From the NCBI GenBank assembly GCA_012295275.1, contig CM022667.1:21142001-21206000 (forward strand): a stretch of DNA of 64,000 nucleotides, in the 5' to 3' direction. This document shows, in pieces, positions 61,299 to 64,000 of the stretch (positions are counted from its first letter, which is position 1; the number at the start of each line of letters is the position of its first letter). The notes beneath the pieces were generated by a model. It was not told the origin of the DNA. It saw nothing but the letters and a program-made list of their open reading frames with translations, and searched no databases. Source of the DNA: Chrysomallon squamiferum. Lineage: Eukaryota > Animalia > Mollusca. The translations under genes were made by a program, and so were the position numbers.

Positions 61299-62605
61299 AA
61301 GCTCTTTATTAACAGGTAATTCAGAGAAAAGTGTATAAAACTAATTTTATATGGTGTTTTGTCCACATTTGTTGCATACAGTGAAGATGTAAAAAAATAA
61401 GCATCACTACCATCACTAAACTGCCAGTAATGCACAATTCTTTTTTTGAAATGTGGAAATAATATTGAAAATATTGAATATTAGCCAATAACTGTTCTTC
61501 AGGTATCATTTTTATGTGCCTTTTGATATTAAATTTTGTGAACACCCTAAAATATTTCTGGGATTATCTAATTTGTTAATGTTGTTTAGCAAGTTTTCAC
61601 TCAATAATAGTAAAATTAAAAAATTAAAATGTATGCAGGGTTTATTTAATACCACTATTTCTCTTTAAATGAAGAACATGATTGTGGCCTTTCTAAAATA
61701 AAATGAAAATGTAAAGAAAATGAGCAGTGTCTATGAATATATATATACAAGATTATGAATGTATTTTTCAGACTGCTGGAAATGATTTGTCCAAAACAAA
61801 TGGCAGCAAGACCCACAGGTCTGCCTCAGGTAATTTTTATTTTTATTTTTTGTTATCAGTTTATTTTGAATCAGTCATATTTTTAAAACAGTTTTCATAG
61901 TGTATAATTGTGTTCCTGATAAAATGTAAATGATAAAATATCCATGTCCATTACATACATGTTAGTAAGTTAATATTTCAGTTACACCGAGCTGATCGCC
62001 CCACACCAAAACCATTTCGTGGTGTAGTTGTTCATGGAATCTCACAACCCATGCCATTAGATGACTGCCAGAAGCTTCCATTTCAAGAAGAAATTGAAAA
62101 GGCAAGTACAGGCTCGGCTGTATATTGTCTGATTAACTGATTTTTATATTCTTACTTAAAAATAAAATAATAATAAATTACAACAGTAATAATATTCTGA
62201 CTACAAATGAAAAAACAAACATATAAGAATTATTCTATACAACATATTTACATTTGCCAGCTCACACACACATCTGTGAAATGTATGAATGTGATAGTTT
62301 TCCTGTAGGTGTGTGGGTTTGTTATTGTTTATATGTATAATGAGTGTAAATGTGTATGTATCTTTCTGCATGATACTATTTTTAAAATATGATGATAAAT
62401 TAATAAATAATTCAGTCTGTTTCAACAGGTTTATGGTGATGCTCCAAGTGCTGTGCAGTGTTATACATGGGCTGCCATCTTAAGAGGAAGGTCGATTGTT
62501 GGAATCTCACCTCCAAGATCAGGAAAAACAGTAGCTTTCCTTCGAGCCATTTTCCATCTGCTCTACTCACCTGGAGCGTATATTGGTGTTCCTCCTGGTA
62601 ACGGG
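51893..62605 (+). CDS. TDRD12: Tudor domain-containing protein 12-like (piRNA pathway; N-terminal extended Tudor, long disordered region, DEAD-box-like helicase), 3'-partial
   Basis: Exons 51893-51928, 52371-52523, 52713-52807 (GEVYAGKRQSDKGWYRVRI), 53353-53400 (CKLIDYGSVE), 53598-53714 (IRTLPKYFSNFPFQ..LSGIQP), 53921-53976 (RWDSAAVEYFKKL), 54250-54390 (..LCVNDHL..YA), 54834-56523, 61046-61135, 61772-61829, 61982-62101, 62429-62605 (PSAVQCYTWAAILRGRSIVGISPPRSGKT..YIGVPPGNG). Domain order and motifs (WDxAAxxYF, CVNDxL, WxxIxRG, PxxNG) match TDRD12/Yb-family architecture. Downstream exons not identified in the window. Confidence 0.88.
54834..56523 (+). CDS. TDRD12: 1690-nt exon of TDRD12-like gene encoding a Ser/Lys/Asn-rich disordered linker
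   Basis: Contains ORF 54872-56527. Acceptor TTTTCAG|AC (phase 1) and donor TCAAA|GTAACT (phase 2) fit the flanking exons. Confidence 0.85.
56731..60075 (+). mobile_element. Decayed hAT (Charlie/SPIN, GTF2IRD2-like transposase) element in a TDRD12 intron, split by a nested insertion
   Basis: Left TIR-like CAGGTGTGAGCAAACTACAGTGCATGGGCTGCATGCAGCC. BED-finger start KKQKIKDKCRVSNKEWTEKYFF..CLICCETVDMFKEYHLKCHFQTK (57208). SDESTD-like catalytic region near 57650. hATC dimerisation remnant ELQMELIDLQ..FRSTDICEQTFSIMKVNK (59520-59720). Many stops and frameshifts; right end approximate. Confidence 0.8.
57790..59400 (+). mobile_element. Nested DNA-transposon fragment, Sola2-like transposase C-terminal remnant
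   Basis: 58887-59099 VKRLLTKASLQHPCTDPILTSEAIMDFCIKSIPGIHFFNIT..LQGRFQVAKTV, then YDNEAWV..DISEEHGDFFICFMHRHGPS, resembling the region after the HGKGxxDGxGGxVKR motif of Sola2-type transposases. The motif itself is absent; boundaries approximate. Confidence 0.45.
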
Positions 62606-64000
62606 GTCTGTATCAAGAGTAAAATATCTGTTTAAGTAATTAATTTTTTCTGTATTTAATGAAAATAATATTTAAGTCAGTGTTTTATGCCTTTATTGAA
62701 AAATTAACCAACATCAGATATGCCAACTGTTACAATTTTGGGGTAATAAGTACAGTTTTTACCCCAGACTATGCTATTATGACACACCTATGAGTAACTG
62801 CTCTTGAATGTCATTCCAATATAAATTGCTGCAGTGCTGATTCTGGAGTTTTATTATCAGAACATTGTATTGTGTCCACATGAATAAGAGATGAGAGAAT
62901 ATCTAAGCGTATCAAGGTAACAAATACACAGCCAGTGAATTTGTTTTTACTTAAATGCATTTTTTAAAATATAATTTCATTCAATTTTGTTGTTTTTAAT
63001 CTAAAATAAGAATTCCAAATCAGTGTTTATTTTAATTCAAGCCTTACCAGACATTTGATTTAGGTGAGTAGCCCTTGACATAAATTAGCTAATAAACATC
63101 AAGGGACTTAGGCTTAAACTGTTGTATTTCTGCTTGGGATTTTCCCTTTAGTTTTAACTACCTGTGACATGAAAATATATAGACATCTTTCCTCTACAAA
63201 TACCTAAAACCAAAAAATGTAAATAATAAAAACCCCAGAAAAAGAACAACAAAATAGAAATCATTTGCTTTGAGCCTTGGGTAACTAAAGTTTTATTCTG
63301 ATCCCAGTATTATATAATATGTTCAGAGTAGATACAGTAGCAGGTAGGTTTATACACACTGAAGGCTGAGTGAAAAATCACGGTGATTAAATATTTTTAA
63401 CTCTTCTTTACCTTCAAGCAGTATTGACAGATATAAGTTTAAAACTGCAAGCCTCTTGCTTACCCTGTCAGCTGAGTGTACTCGTGTGAAGCAGGTTAGA
63501 GGTGTTAAGTCTCATTTTCCAGAATTAGTAATTTTGTTAATAGATCAATATATTTAAACTATTGTAAATAAAGTATAATTACTTTCTAACTTGTAATTAT
63601 AGCCAGCCAAAAATACTGATAAAATTCCAAGAAAATTAATTGATCTGTTAAGAATTTGACCAAAGAAAACATAACCAGCGATGTTCAACTGTTTGAAACA
63701 TGTCTCAATCCACGTGTTTGAAATATGTCTGTCAATCCACTTCAGCTCTTTAGTCCCTGATAAAAGCAAATTTTTGTGCAATCATTTACTTAACAGTACA
63801 ACCAGACTTACTCACACTGTTCAGGTGTCTGTCTGTTAGACCTGTGGTGATTTTTCATTATTGTGGATGGTAATTTCTGAGCAGATTTATTTTTCATATT
63901 CATTTACCAACATTGTATCAGTTTTTTGCTTTCACGTGTACCTTTTCCTTAACTTTTTATCACTATACACAGATACACACATAACACACACACAGTGCAG

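Noticed and set aside
63400-63860. Candidate next TDRD12 helicase exon or minus-strand 75-aa ORF
   Set aside because: No motif Ia-like sequence (P-hydrophobic-P) in a phase-0 exon was found; probably intronic repeat debris.

Overview
AT-rich, intron-containing eukaryotic (animal) genomic DNA, probably lophotrochozoan or molluscan (inference from gene content, not proven). I assembled four spliced gene models by hand from GT/GC-AG sites and reading-frame phase. (1) Minus strand, 12455-29959: an unnamed Arg/Ser/Tyr-rich protein gene with 12 or more coding exons, two alternative first coding exons, a 1683-nt in-frame cassette exon, microexons and a 3'-UTR intron. (2) Minus strand, 38048-41406: a type-I membrane protein gene (signal peptide, CUB-like domain, LDLa, TM, basic tail) with two splice or frame anomalies. 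(3) MPHOSPH6/MPP6, a nuclear exosome cofactor, minus strand, 5 exons, 163 aa. (4) A TDRD12-like piRNA-pathway gene (extended Tudor, long IDR, DEAD-box-like helicase start), plus strand, head-to-head with MPP6 and apparently continuing past the window. The rest is a 3.9-kb degenerate CA array at the window start, many microsatellites and DNA-transposon debris: Tigger7-like pieces, a Tc2/pogo-type MITE with TA TSD, a hAT-Charlie MITE with 8-bp TSD, a MULE/FLYWCH remnant, and a SPIN/Charlie-like hAT with a nested Sola2-like fragment. No rRNA, tRNA or CRISPR array was seen. All homology calls are by recognition from memory, with no database search.
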